A stretch of DNA of 64,000 nt from a candidate division FCPU426 bacterium (GCA_963840035.1 CAWIXE010000001.1:1171065-1235064); one strand, 5' to 3'. Positions 19,070-28,422 are shown, numbered from the stretch's first letter. Made by a program: numbers and translations. Notes: a model not told the origin generated them from the sequence alone.

Positions 19070-19095
19070 AAGGCGGGCTGATGCCCGCCTTTTTT
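19070..19095 (+). terminator. Intrinsic terminator between convergent genes
   Basis: AAGGCGGGC-TGAT-GCCCGCCTT followed by a T tract. Confidence 0.8.
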
Positions 19096-21172
19096 ATTTA
19101 TTATTATTTATTCCGAGGGTGTCGAGTTTTTCTATGAAGGCTATATAGGGGTCCACGTCGGAGCGCGACGGGTTTAACTCCTTTATTTTCTTAAAGCAGC
19201 GCAGCGCTTCGGCATAATCCTTACGGCCGTAGCTTGTAACCGCAAGGTTGTACCAGCCGTTCTCATAATCCGGTTTTATGCGCACGCTCTCCCTGTACAT
19301 TTCCGCGGCTTTCTCCATATTCCCCGTGTTGTAGTAGCCGTTGCCCATGTTATAAATGTATTCGTGGTCTTCGGGGGCGAAGTAATGCGCCAGGGTAAAA
19401 TAGTAAAGGGATCTGTCGTTTAAACCGGCATCTTCAAAAAAAGTGCCGGTTGAATTAAGTGAAACGGAGTAGTCATGCACAAAAAGATCCAGGGTCTTTT
19501 TGTCGACTGTTTTCCCGCGCTTGTCAAAGATGCCGCGTAAATTGTAAAACTTCCAGATGCTGTCAAGGGCCGCGGCGTAATTATATGTGGGTACAGCCTG
19601 GTCAACGCGGAGCACCTTAAAAATAATGCCTTTGGGCATGAGCATAAGGCCGTCCTTCATGGCGTTTTCCTCGGGTTTGTTATATGAATAGTAAAGGGGG
19701 AAAGAGGAATAGTTCATCTTTATAATGGCGTTAATAATTAAACCCGTGGACTCGGTGCCGATTTGTTTCGTGGTGATGGCCGGCACGCGCACAGCGGGGT
19801 TCTGTTTTTTAATATTGTCCCTGACCCACTGCATTGGCAATACTGCCGAACCTACCAGCGTCACATCGGGCCTGTAATGTTTCACGTATTTAAAATACCA
19901 GCCCGGGAAAACTACGCCGTCACCGGTGGTAAAGGCGATGGAGTTATAATCCAGAGAATCCAGAAGGTTTTTATTATAGTCATACGTGTAAAAGTAGGAA
20001 CTCTTATCCAGCCGCGGATAAAACAGGAGGAGCTGCGCCGCTAACAGAGAGCATCCGAGGGCCGCGGCAATACCCCGCCGCCATTTTTTATGCGCCGGCT
20101 TGAGCAATGAATACAGGAAAATTACGCCAAAAGCGGCGAAAATTGAAAACGGGAAGTAAACCGGGGAGATATACGTCTCCATTATATAAAGCCTGTCTTT
20201 CTGCAGGTTAAGGTAAAGGGAGGTGATAAAAAGCAGCGTGGCGGGTATGGCTGTCAAAAATATGAAAAGGTTCCTGTCCCTGCGGAACATCATGAACATG
20301 CCCGCTATTACCAGCGCCGCGCCGGCGTAAGCGTAAGCGTAGGCTGACGAACTCAGGAACTTTAAAGCCTGGCGCAGGGAACCTTCAAGCGAACGGGTGC
20401 CCTCGCTTCTGACATACTGCCAGCGTGTGATTACTTCCATGAAATTTTCCGGGGTTGAAGGGGAGCCCCAGTTTAAGATAGCCGATTCCGCGCGTATGGG
20501 CAGGTAAAGGTAGGCGGTTAGCCCCAGCAGGAACAGGGCGGCGGCCGGAAGGTATTGTTTTAATCCTGATTCCCGGAATACTTTTGATTTAAATGCCATG
20601 AAGAAATAAGCGGGAACCATTATCAGCTGCGTCATGTGGTGGTGGCACAGGGACAGCCCGAAGATAAAAAAGAAAAGGTAAAAATACTTTTTGCTGTTAT
20701 GGCTTTTTGAGTACGTTTCTATAAGCAGCCATGAAAGAATGAGTATAAAAAGGATGTTCAGCATGTAAACCCCGCCCTTTGCTATGGTGGACTGCTCCCA
20801 CACCGTGAAGGAAAGGGAAAAGAAAAGAGGGGCCAAGACTCGTATAAAAGGCCCGGCTGACAGGGACATAAGCGGCAGTATCCTGGAGAATATGAGGTAC
20901 ACCATGAAAAAGCATGCCATGGAAATCAGCGCGGAAAAAACATATATTCTGTAACTCGTGTCGCCCAAGGGGATGTGTGTAAAGATGGCGCCGAGCATGG
21001 TATGGAGCGGGTAACCGGGCGGATGCTGGATTCCCAGGGTCTTTAAGCAGGTGATGGTCTCGCCGTCATCGCCCATGTAAACGGATGCGGGGACAGTGGA
21101 AAGATAAAAAAAGAAGACAAAAAGCGCGGCAGCCGCAGGGATAAGGATTGAAGAGTGTTTTTTAAGGTCCAT
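19094..21172 (-). CDS. DUF2723/TMEM260-like membrane glycosyltransferase with C-terminal TPRs
   Basis: GDDGETI...LGIQHPPGYPLH (DUF2723 signature), VWEQSTIAKGGVY, FGLSLCHHH, AYLYLPIRA, LNWGSP; TPR repeats at the C-terminus. Confidence 0.88.
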   Translation of the reverse strand: MDLKKHSSILIPAAAALFVFFFYLSTVPASVYMGDDGETITCLKTLGIQHPPGYPLHTMLGAIFTHIPLGDTSYRIYVFSALISMACFFMVYLIFSRILPLMSLSAGPFIRVLAPLFFSLSFTVWEQSTIAKGGVYMLNILFILILSWLLIETYSKSHNSKKYFYLFFFIFGLSLCHHHMTQLIMVPAYFFMAFKSKVFRESGLKQYLPAAALFLLGLTAYLYLPIRAESAILNWGSPSTPENFMEVITRWQYVRSEGTRSLEGSLRQALKFLSSSAYAYAYAGAALVIAGMFMMFRRDRNLFIFLTAIPATLLFITSLYLNLQKDRLYIMETYISPVYFPFSIFAAFGVIFLYSLLKPAHKKWRRGIAAALGCSLLAAQLLLFYPRLDKSSYFYTYDYNKNLLDSLDYNSIAFTTGDGVVFPGWYFKYVKHYRPDVTLVGSAVLPMQWVRDNIKKQNPAVRVPAITTKQIGTESTGLIINAIIKMNYSSFPLYYSYNKPEENAMKDGLMLMPKGIIFKVLRVDQAVPTYNYAAALDSIWKFYNLRGIFDKRGKTVDKKTLDLFVHDYSVSLNSTGTFFEDAGLNDRSLYYFTLAHYFAPEDHEYIYNMGNGYYNTGNMEKAAEMYRESVRIKPDYENGWYNLAVTSYGRKDYAEALRCFKKIKELNPSRSDVDPYIAFIEKLDTLGINNNK

Positions 21173-21179
21173 CGATAAA

Positions 21180-21554
21180 TCAGCTGAAATGCTCGACCAG
21201 CCTCTCGATGTCGTCCTGGTTTGCCTTGTCTATGTGGAGGCCGCAGGCATAGCGCCCGAAAATCTTATAGGCGTTTCTTTTTGTCCAGGCTATGCGCCCG
21301 GTAAAAGAGAGTTTCTTGCCGGAAAAAGATTTGTCATTAACGACTATCTTAAGGGTTGTGCGCTCGGGCAGGAGGTAGTCGCAGTTAATGAGCATGCCGG
21401 TCTCGCTTACGTTTATGGTGGTGGCCCTGAAATTGCCGCCAACTTTTAATTTGGCTTTTTCGCCGGTTAAATCGTCGGGAAAGCGGTCAACTTCGCAGTC
21501 CATCTGAATAATCTTTGTATAACGTGGGTGTTTCCTGGCTTCTTTGCTTTTCAT
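21180..21554 (-). CDS. Stand-alone PilZ-domain protein
   Basis: RKHPR (RxxxR) and NVSETG (D/NxSxxG). Confidence 0.85.
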   Translation of the reverse strand: MKSKEARKHPRYTKIIQMDCEVDRFPDDLTGEKAKLKVGGNFRATTINVSETGMLINCDYLLPERTTLKIVVNDKSFSGKKLSFTGRIAWTKRNAYKIFGRYACGLHIDKANQDDIERLVEHFS

Positions 21555-21694
21555 TTGATCACCCTTTTGTTTTTTTTGTAAGGCGCCGCTTTCAAGACTT
21601 TCGAAAATCGATAATCGAAAATTGACCGAATCGGCTTCTATACTGTATATATAATGATGCCGATTCTAGACCATATTTTGCCTTCGGCAAAATA

Positions 21695-21780
21695 TGGTGC
21701 CGGAGGTCGGACTCGAACCGACATGCCGTTGCCGGCGGAGGATTTTGAGTCCTCTGTGTCTGCCATTTCACCACTCCGGC
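21695..21780 (-). tRNA. tRNA-Leu(CAA)
   Basis: Minus strand GCCGGAG...GAGGA-CTCAAAA-TCCTC, long variable arm, GTTCGAGTC T-loop, CTCCGGC-A-CCA; 86 nt. Confidence 0.97.
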
Positions 21781-21801
21781 GCATGTCCGGCCGTGTAAGA
21801 T

Positions 21802-21829
21802 ATTATAATAGAATACGGAATATTGTCAA
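21802..21829 (-). promoter_or_regulatory. Sigma70 promoter of tRNA-Leu
   Basis: Minus strand TTGACA (21829-21824), 16 bp, TATAAT (21807-21802). Confidence 0.8.
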
Positions 21830-21861
21830 TAATCAAAAATAAAGGGTTATTGTATATAATC

Positions 21862-22030
21862 GTGTGTAAATTCATATTTGCTTATATTAAACGTGTTAAT
21901 TTTCTTCTACCACTGCTCCCCCTCTCCTCTTAGGAGAGGGGCTGGGGTGAGGTGAAACCAATTGTCTTATTCCCCTCACCCTACCCTCTCCCAAGGGGAG
22001 AGGGAAAAAATAACAAAACAATTTACACAC
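21862..22030. repeat. BoxC-like double-hairpin element bracketed by 11-bp inverted repeats (MITE-like)
   Basis: CCCCTCTCC..GGAGAGGGGCTGGGGTGAGG and the inverted CCCCTCACCCTACCCTCTCCC..GGGAGAGGG (21916-22004), inside GTGTGTAAATT/AATTTACACAC. Confidence 0.65.
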
Positions 22031-22058
22031 AATTCTTGACAATATCAAATAAAGGCGG

Positions 22059-22159
22059 ATTCTGAATTCTGGATTTTAGATTCTGGATTAATGGCGTTTT
22101 AGGGGAGTTTAGCAAATAACCAGTGTTGTTGGGTTTTTAATCCGGAATTCAGAATCTAT
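22059..22159. repeat. Heptamer-periodic inverted repeat element (ATTCTGG/AATCCGG type)
   Basis: ATTCTGA ATTCTGG ATTTTAG ATTCTGG ATT ... AATCCGG AATTCAG AATCTAT. Confidence 0.7.
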
Positions 22160-22230
22160 ATAACATATTTCTTCTTGCTATTTAAAATCTAAAGTTTATA
22201 ATTTAATATATTACAAATTCAGGAGGAATC

Positions 22231-23895
22231 ATGAAAAAAACCATTATTTTAACGCTTTTTACCGTGTTGTGGCTGTCATCATTATTTGCCGCGCAGGAGG
22301 CTGTAAAGCTGAATCCTGCCGTATCCAACGTTACTGTTTACCAGGGACGCGCGCTTGTGGAGCGGTTTGCTTCTGCGGACATCGCTGCGGGGGAAACTTT
22401 GTTTACCGTTACGGGGCTGCCTTACGATATGTACCAGAATACTTTGCTGGTTTACAAGAGCGATAAGGACGCGCCTTTCCTTATTAAGGAATTTGATTTT
22501 AAGGATGTAGAGGCTAACGTAATTCTCAGCGCCGAGGAAAAGAGGCTCAAGGCAAAACTTGAAAACCTCAATGAACTCTTTAAGTCAAAGCAGGACAGGA
22601 TAGAGGTATTGAAGAACAAGATGAAGTTTTACGCAGATATGTCAGCCAAGACATCCGGACAGTCAGGGGAGGCCATGGGCGTAAAGCCGGTTGACGTGAA
22701 AAATGCCGGGGATGTGCTCTCATTTATAAGCGCCGGCATAGAAGCCGCGCTTAAGGAAAAGCGTTCATGCGAGAACCAGATGATAAAGATACAGGACGAC
22801 ATAAACATAACGCAGTCGGAACTTTCAGAACTCTACACGCGCAATACAGGCACCGCAAAAGTGCTCTACATCAGGCTCGCGTCAAACAGCCAGGTTAAGG
22901 CGGGCATAAAGCTGAAATATATTGTGCCGAACGCGGGATGGTTTCCTTCATACGAGTGCAATTATGATTCTGCGGCGGGCGTCATAGAAGCCAAGTATTA
23001 CGCGAATATACAGCAGTCCACCACTGAAAAATGGAGCAATACAAAACTTTCAATTGCCACGGGTTCTCCATTATATGATGTGACCCTGCCCATAGCCCGG
23101 CCGTGGGTGTTATCAGAACAGCAGCAATACCGCGCAAACGGAAACGCGGGCATGATGATGAAGGCGGCGGCAGCCCCTATGGCCCTGAGTGAGGAAGCCT
23201 CCGCTGATTCGGCTGTAATGGAAAAAAGAAAATACGAAGCCGCACCGGAGGCAGTGGAAAACTACCAATACGACGAACTGGGCATAAAGGCAAACCTGAC
23301 AGGCAGGTTTGATGTCTTAAATACCGGCGAAGTGAAAAAAGCCGCGCTCAAAGAAATGAAGCTAAAACGCAAGGAGACATTCTACACGGCGATACCGTCG
23401 CAGAATGACTCGGCTTATCTTACGGTTGAGTTTGAAAATAACGACGATATGATAATGCTTCCCGGCGAGACCACTCTTTACATTGACGGCAACTACTCCG
23501 GAAAAGCCTCCATCGGCGAGAACATCCGCAAAGGACAGACCGTAAAGTTCGCCTTCGGCATTGACGAGAACTTAAAGATTAAAAAGGAAAAACTGCAGGA
23601 GAAAAAAGGCGAGAGCGGAATTTTCGGGTCCGAGAGGAAGGTTGACTTCGGCTACAGGCTTACAGCCGAAAACTACAAGGCAAAAGAGGCTGTCATATAT
23701 ATAAAGGAACCGCTTCCGTTTTCAGAGGATGACAGGATAAAAGTCGAGCTTTATGAGACGAGCGATAAGGTTACGTCCGAAGAGGACCGCGGGGTGAAAG
23801 TGTGGAAGATTACGTTAAAACCCGGCGACAAAAAGGAAATAACCTACCGGTTCAGGGTGACCTGCCCTAAGGATATGGCTGTAAACGGGCTTTAA
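22231..23895 (+). CDS. DUF4140/DUF4139 (MuiA-like, TIGR02231) secreted protein
   Basis: Signal peptide; VTVYQGRALVER, a coiled coil, YIVPNAGWFPSY, ANIQQSTTEKW, FAFGID. Confidence 0.88.
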   Translation: MKKTIILTLFTVLWLSSLFAAQEAVKLNPAVSNVTVYQGRALVERFASADIAAGETLFTVTGLPYDMYQNTLLVYKSDKDAPFLIKEFDFKDVEANVILSAEEKRLKAKLENLNELFKSKQDRIEVLKNKMKFYADMSAKTSGQSGEAMGVKPVDVKNAGDVLSFISAGIEAALKEKRSCENQMIKIQDDINITQSELSELYTRNTGTAKVLYIRLASNSQVKAGIKLKYIVPNAGWFPSYECNYDSAAGVIEAKYYANIQQSTTEKWSNTKLSIATGSPLYDVTLPIARPWVLSEQQQYRANGNAGMMMKAAAAPMALSEEASADSAVMEKRKYEAAPEAVENYQYDELGIKANLTGRFDVLNTGEVKKAALKEMKLKRKETFYTAIPSQNDSAYLTVEFENNDDMIMLPGETTLYIDGNYSGKASIGENIRKGQTVKFAFGIDENLKIKKEKLQEKKGESGIFGSERKVDFGYRLTAENYKAKEAVIYIKEPLPFSEDDRIKVELYETSDKVTSEEDRGVKVWKITLKPGDKKEITYRFRVTCPKDMAVNGL

Positions 23896-23898
23896 TGC

Positions 23899-23996
23899 GA
23901 ATTTTAAATTTTATATTTTCAATTTTCAATTAACGGCAGAGTACGGGGAGTTTTTTGGTTTTTAATTGAAAATTGAAAATATAGAATTGAAAATTC
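23899..23996. repeat. Heptamer-periodic inverted repeat element (ATTTTCA type), copy 2
   Basis: Arms at 23899-23933 and 23962-23996. Confidence 0.85.
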
Positions 23997-24087
23997 ATAG
24001 ACTAATCCCCACAAAAATGATATATTATTGATTAATTTGTGCGGGAAAATACTGCGTGGAAACGCGCTTAAATCATTGGAGGGTCAT

Positions 24088-25458
24088 ATGTTTATCAAAC
24101 AGAATCACAAAAAGTACCTGCTCACTGAAAAGGACATGCCTTCGGCCTGGTATAATATAATGGCTGACATGAAGAATCCCGTGGAACCGCCGCTTCATCC
24201 GGGAACGGGAAAACCTGCCGGGCCGGATGATCTGGCGCCGATATTCCCCATGGAGTTAATCGAGCAGGAAATGACCATGAAAAAGCACGTGGACATACCC
24301 GGCGAAGTCATAGATATTTTAAGGCTCTGGAGGCCGTCGCCGCTGTACCGCGCTTATGCCCTTGAAAAAGCCCTGGATACACCGGCTAAGATCTATTATA
24401 AATACGAAGGCGTATCTCCCGCCGGAAGCCACAAGCCGAACACGGCCATAGCGCAGGCATATTACAATAAGAAAGCGGGCATTACAAAACTTACAACAGA
24501 AACCGGAGCGGGGCAGTGGGGATCGTCAATATCATTAGCCTGCGCGCTTATGGGGCTTGAAGTGGAAGTATACATGGTTAAAGTGTCATACGAACAGAAA
24601 CCATACAGAAAAATGATGATGAATACATGGGGAGCGCAGGTATTTGCCTCGCCTTCAAACAGGACAGAAGCCGGAAAAAAAGTGCTGGCAGAGGACCCGA
24701 ATTCACCGGGCTCGCTTGGCATAGCCATTTCAGAAGCGGTGGAAGCGGCGGTAAAGGGAAAGAATTCCAGGTACTCACTGGGTTCGGTATTAAACCACGT
24801 AATGCTGCACCAGACGATAATAGGCATAGAAGCGCAGAAGCAGATGAAGATGGCGGGAGATTATCCTGATGTGGTCATAGGCTCCTGCGGCGGCGGCTCG
24901 AACTTCGCAGGATTATCTTTTCCGTTCCTCCAGGACAAGCTTACCGGGAAAAAACCGAAGCTCCGCGCCGTGGCAGTGGAACCAACAGCCTGCCCTACAC
25001 TCACTAAAGGCGAATTCGCGTATGATTTTGGCGATGAGGCAGGAATGACGCCGCTTCTTAAGATGTACACGCTCGGGCATAAATTCATGCCAAGCGCCAT
25101 ACACGCGGGCGGATTAAGGTATCACGGAATGTCCCCGATAGTTTCCAGGCTTTACGCGGATAAGATTATCGAGGCAGTGGCCGTGGATCAGATACCGGTA
25201 TTTGAGGCGGCGATACTTTTCTCCAAAACAGAGGGGATTATCCCGGCGCCGGAATCGGGCCACGCGATAAGGACGGCCATAGACGAAGCGCTTGACGCGA
25301 AGAAAAAAGGCGAGAAGAGGACGATACTCTTTAACTTAAGCGGACACGGGAACTTTGACCTTGGCGCTTATGACGCGTATCTCAGCAAAAAATTAAAAGA
25401 CGTGCCCCTTTCGCAGGAAGCCATAAATGAAGGGTTAAAGAGCATACCGAAAAGATAG
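24088..25458 (+). CDS. trpB2: TrpB-like PLP enzyme (tryptophan synthase beta, type 2)
   Basis: [70 protein letters not shown] precedes ATG 24088. Confidence 0.95.
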   Translation: MFIKQNHKKYLLTEKDMPSAWYNIMADMKNPVEPPLHPGTGKPAGPDDLAPIFPMELIEQEMTMKKHVDIPGEVIDILRLWRPSPLYRAYALEKALDTPAKIYYKYEGVSPAGSHKPNTAIAQAYYNKKAGITKLTTETGAGQWGSSISLACALMGLEVEVYMVKVSYEQKPYRKMMMNTWGAQVFASPSNRTEAGKKVLAEDPNSPGSLGIAISEAVEAAVKGKNSRYSLGSVLNHVMLHQTIIGIEAQKQMKMAGDYPDVVIGSCGGGSNFAGLSFPFLQDKLTGKKPKLRAVAVEPTACPTLTKGEFAYDFGDEAGMTPLLKMYTLGHKFMPSAIHAGGLRYHGMSPIVSRLYADKIIEAVAVDQIPVFEAAILFSKTEGIIPAPESGHAIRTAIDEALDAKKKGEKRTILFNLSGHGNFDLGAYDAYLSKKLKDVPLSQEAINEGLKSIPKR

Positions 25459-25460
25459 AA

Positions 25461-25566
25461 AATTTTAAATTTTATATTTGAAATTTTAGATTGGAATGCA
25501 GGACAGGGACTGTCTGATTGTCTTCCCTTCCTTAATTGAAAATCTAAAATTGAAAATCTAAAATTG
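25461..25566. repeat. Heptamer-periodic inverted repeat element (ATTTTCA type), copy 3
   Basis: Arms at 25461-25492 and 25534-25566, more degenerate than copies 1 and 2. Confidence 0.75.
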
Positions 25567-25579
25567 ATCCGGGGTGGTT

Positions 25580-26806
25580 ATGAAAAGAATATTAATGCTT
25601 GTTATTGCCGTATTTACGGCGTTTTCAGCTGTTTTTGCGGCTTTGGGCGGCGTACCTTTTGATGTGCTGCATAAGACGCTCGGCGCTCGCAATTTAGCCA
25701 TGGGCGAGGCCGCGGTGGCAAATTGCGGCGGGCCATCCACTATCCTGTGGAATCCGGCAGCCCTGGACTCGGTCAATAAAAATACGGTATACGCGGGCGC
25801 TGAGATGCTTTTTGAGGGAGCGCACATGGAATACATTTCTTACTACATGCCCGTGGGAAAATACGGCGGGCTCGCGTTCCTCGCGGGGTTTCAGGGTTAC
25901 GGCGGATATGAGGCTGCCGACGGCGGCGGTATAGAAGGGGTTTTAACCGACGACATAAAAGATATTTTTATTTCAGCCGGTTACGGCAAGTCATTAATAG
26001 CCGGGGTGCAGGCGGGCCTTACGGCCAAGGTTCTTTTAAAATCCCTTCCTGACGGGACATATCCCGCTTTTAATTCGGACATAAGTTTTTTCAAGTCGTT
26101 TGACATGATAGACATCGGGCTCGCGTTTAAGAACATAATCCCGATGGCTGTCGCGTACTCTTCCCAGGATGAGAAATTTGTTTCCACCATGAGGCTGGGA
26201 TTCGCCTTAAAACTGCTGGACAACAACCTGAAAATCGCGGCTGACATGGAAAAATATTTCATAAAAGAGAATCCGGTATTTTTTGCCGGCGCGGAATACA
26301 GGATAATAAACGCGCTGTGCGTGCGCGCAGGTTATAATACGCTCTCAGAAATAAGCGGAGGGATCGGGTTAAACTATGAGAATATCGGCGTGGACTATGC
26401 CGTCGTGTATAATGAGCTTGGCTTAAGCCATAAAGCCGGCATCTCATATGCCTTCGGCGGTTACGGCCTGGAATTAAAGGCTGAGCCTTCGACATTCTCG
26501 CCAATGGGGGCGTATAAAAAGACTTATATAAGGGTTTTAGCGTCGTCAAAATATGAGATGTATAAGTGGTCCATAGACCTTAAAAACAGCTCCAGCGAGC
26601 TCATACGGAACTGGTCAGGGGCAGGCAAGCCTGACGATGAGGTTATCTGGGACGGATTACGCACGGACGGAATGCCATATCCTGACGGCATGTATAACGC
26701 GGTCTTAACCACGGTGGATGAAAATGATGTGACCTCAAAATCAGATGTAATAACAATACAGCTCGGGGGGAACGAGTCGAAGTCGCTTCCGCTGTTTGGG
26801 GAGTAG
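25580..26806 (+). CDS. PorV/PorQ-like outer-membrane beta-barrel with a C-terminal FlgD-like Ig domain
   Basis: Signal peptide; GARNLAMGEAAVA...WNPAAL (PorV/FadL-type N-terminus); GAEY, VRAGYN, VDYA strands; C-terminal TFSP...WDG...G..YPDGMY. Confidence 0.75.
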   Translation: MKRILMLVIAVFTAFSAVFAALGGVPFDVLHKTLGARNLAMGEAAVANCGGPSTILWNPAALDSVNKNTVYAGAEMLFEGAHMEYISYYMPVGKYGGLAFLAGFQGYGGYEAADGGGIEGVLTDDIKDIFISAGYGKSLIAGVQAGLTAKVLLKSLPDGTYPAFNSDISFFKSFDMIDIGLAFKNIIPMAVAYSSQDEKFVSTMRLGFALKLLDNNLKIAADMEKYFIKENPVFFAGAEYRIINALCVRAGYNTLSEISGGIGLNYENIGVDYAVVYNELGLSHKAGISYAFGGYGLELKAEPSTFSPMGAYKKTYIRVLASSKYEMYKWSIDLKNSSSELIRNWSGAGKPDDEVIWDGLRTDGMPYPDGMYNAVLTTVDENDVTSKSDVITIQLGGNESKSLPLFGE

Positions 26807-26809
26807 AAC

Positions 26810-26911
26810 GAATTTTCAATTCTAAATTTTCAATTTTCAATTAAAAAAGGCCGGTTAATATAACCGGCCTTTTGTTTTTTATTGTTAATTGAAAATTTAA
26901 AATTGAAAATT
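26810..26911. repeat. Heptamer-periodic inverted repeat element (ATTTTCA type), copy 4
   Basis: Arms at about 26810-26844 and 26886-26911 enclose a terminator hairpin. Confidence 0.8.
26845..26880. terminator. Bidirectional intrinsic terminator
   Basis: AAAAGGCCGGTTA-ATA-TAACCGGCCTTTT between convergent genes. Confidence 0.8.
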
Positions 26912-26915
26912 ATGT

Positions 26916-27239
26916 TTAAATCTGTTTCTTCCTTCTGTCCGCCGTGACTGTTTTTCTTTCTTTCCTTCTGTCCTTGGCGTAGAGCACAAAGTTAGCGCCT
27001 GTCTTCCTGTAGAGCTGGCGTGTGTGTTTGTCAAAGTATAGGGTTCCCTGAACCAGCAGGAAATTCTTTGAGAATTTATCCTCGGCGCGTTTTCCCTCTT
27101 CCACGGATTTTTGTTTTGTGCGCCTGTCGTGGCGCATGAATACAAACCGGTTGCCCAGGTTCTGTACTATGACTTTGTCCTTATTGTCGTAATAGATGTT
27201 TCCTTTTAAATGCGTGTAGCGCGGGTCTGATGCGGCCAT
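26916..27239 (-). CDS. Small basic hypothetical protein with two internal repeats ending in DRR
   Basis: GGAG RBS; duplicated GxxYxD...GxxFVxxxxDRR units. Confidence 0.7.
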   Translation of the reverse strand: MAASDPRYTHLKGNIYYDNKDKVIVQNLGNRFVFMRHDRRTKQKSVEEGKRAEDKFSKNFLLVQGTLYFDKHTRQLYRKTGANFVLYAKDRRKERKTVTADRRKKQI

Positions 27240-27252
27240 AGTAAGTCTCCTT

Positions 27253-27346
27253 TAATTTTATATTTTCAATTTTAAATTTTCAATTAAACCCTTTAAAACA
27301 GCCTGTTTTGTATTTAATTGAAAATTTAAAATTCAGAATTGAAAAT
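27253..27346. repeat. Heptamer-periodic inverted repeat element (ATTTTCA type), copy 5
   Basis: Arms at about 27253-27288 and 27313-27346. Confidence 0.8.
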
Positions 27347-27784
27347 CTATTTATCAAACTTCATCTCCGTTATATGGTTCTCTATTCTTTTTAAATCGGA
27401 TTTGCTTACCGAGAGTATCTTTACCCCGGATTTATATGAGGCCGCGCCTTTAACCACGGTTTCCACGTTCCTTACCTCTGCAAGCAGCTTGACCGGCTTG
27501 GCGATGCGGGGCAGGAATAAATCTATCACAACCAGCTGTTTTAAGGCAAGCGGTTTGTCGGTAATTATCGACATGCCGCCTTTGCTTATGTCGTCTGTCA
27601 TGGCGTTAAGGTAGGAATTTCTGGACCTTGTGGCCGTCAGTTTTTCTATGGTGGTATCCTTATAGTCGTCAGTGGCTGTGGCCTGGTCTGCCGAGCCTTC
27701 AATCGGATAAAAAGATATTTTCAGGACATCCTGGACGCGTTCAAACTGGCGCTGTTTTTCCAGCCAACCTTTTTCCATGGTCAT
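27347..27784 (-). CDS. Stand-alone PilZ-domain protein
   Basis: RQFER (RxxxR) and DISKGG (DxSxxG). Confidence 0.85.
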   Translation of the reverse strand: MTMEKGWLEKQRQFERVQDVLKISFYPIEGSADQATATDDYKDTTIEKLTATRSRNSYLNAMTDDISKGGMSIITDKPLALKQLVVIDLFLPRIAKPVKLLAEVRNVETVVKGAASYKSGVKILSVSKSDLKRIENHITEMKFDK

Positions 27785-28422
27785 TTTATAGCCTTCTTTA
27801 ATTTATAGTTTTTAGGGTGTATGACCCCGAGGGAAATAACGGTTTTTAAACCTTCCTCAATGGACATATCAAGGTATATTATGTTTCTTTTGGGAACTAA
27901 AAGCACAAAACCCGAAGTCGGGTTTGGCGGAATGGGTACAAGAACGTGAAGCAGATCATCGGTTTTTTTCCCCATTTTTGCCCTGACAACCTCGGCGGAT
28001 GTGAGGAAACCAATGGTGTAGAAGTCATAAACAGGGTTGTGGGCAAGGACAACCTGCTTAAAAGAGGTGCCTTTCTCCGACAGCAGGTTTGAACTTAAGT
28101 CCTTAAGGCCCCCAAAAATGGAGTTTAATATGGGGATTTTAGCTATTATTGACTCGTAAAGCTGGACAAACTTTTTTCCAAAAAAGTTTGTTGTAAGCAA
28201 ACCAACCAGCCAGACGGCAAGGAAAAGGATGATTACCCCCAGGCCCTTTATGTAATACCGGTCAAGGTATGTCTTTAAAAGGTCTCCAAGGATGGAATCC
28301 AGTTTCTGAAAAAGGAAGATTATTATCATAATACTCAATGAAAGCGGGAGGATAACGATAAGTCCGGCAAAGAATTGTGACCGTATCTTCACGCCAAAAC
28401 TGGAAAACATTTTCTTTGCCAT
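27781..28422 (-). CDS. DUF502-family membrane protein
   Basis: FFAGLIVILPL, KIPILNSIFG, FKQVVL, IGFLT, VPIPPNPTSGF, LDMSIEEGLKTVISLG. Confidence 0.9.
   Translation of the reverse strand: MAKKMFSSFGVKIRSQFFAGLIVILPLSLSIMIIIFLFQKLDSILGDLLKTYLDRYYIKGLGVIILFLAVWLVGLLTTNFFGKKFVQLYESIIAKIPILNSIFGGLKDLSSNLLSEKGTSFKQVVLAHNPVYDFYTIGFLTSAEVVRAKMGKKTDDLLHVLVPIPPNPTSGFVLLVPKRNIIYLDMSIEEGLKTVISLGVIHPKNYKLKKAIK

Noticed and set aside
21695..21780. tRNA as an island integration site
   Set aside because: I saw no integrase and no duplicated tRNA 3' end in the window.
24088..25458. trpB with no trpA nearby
   Set aside because: A stand-alone TrpB2 is a well-known arrangement.
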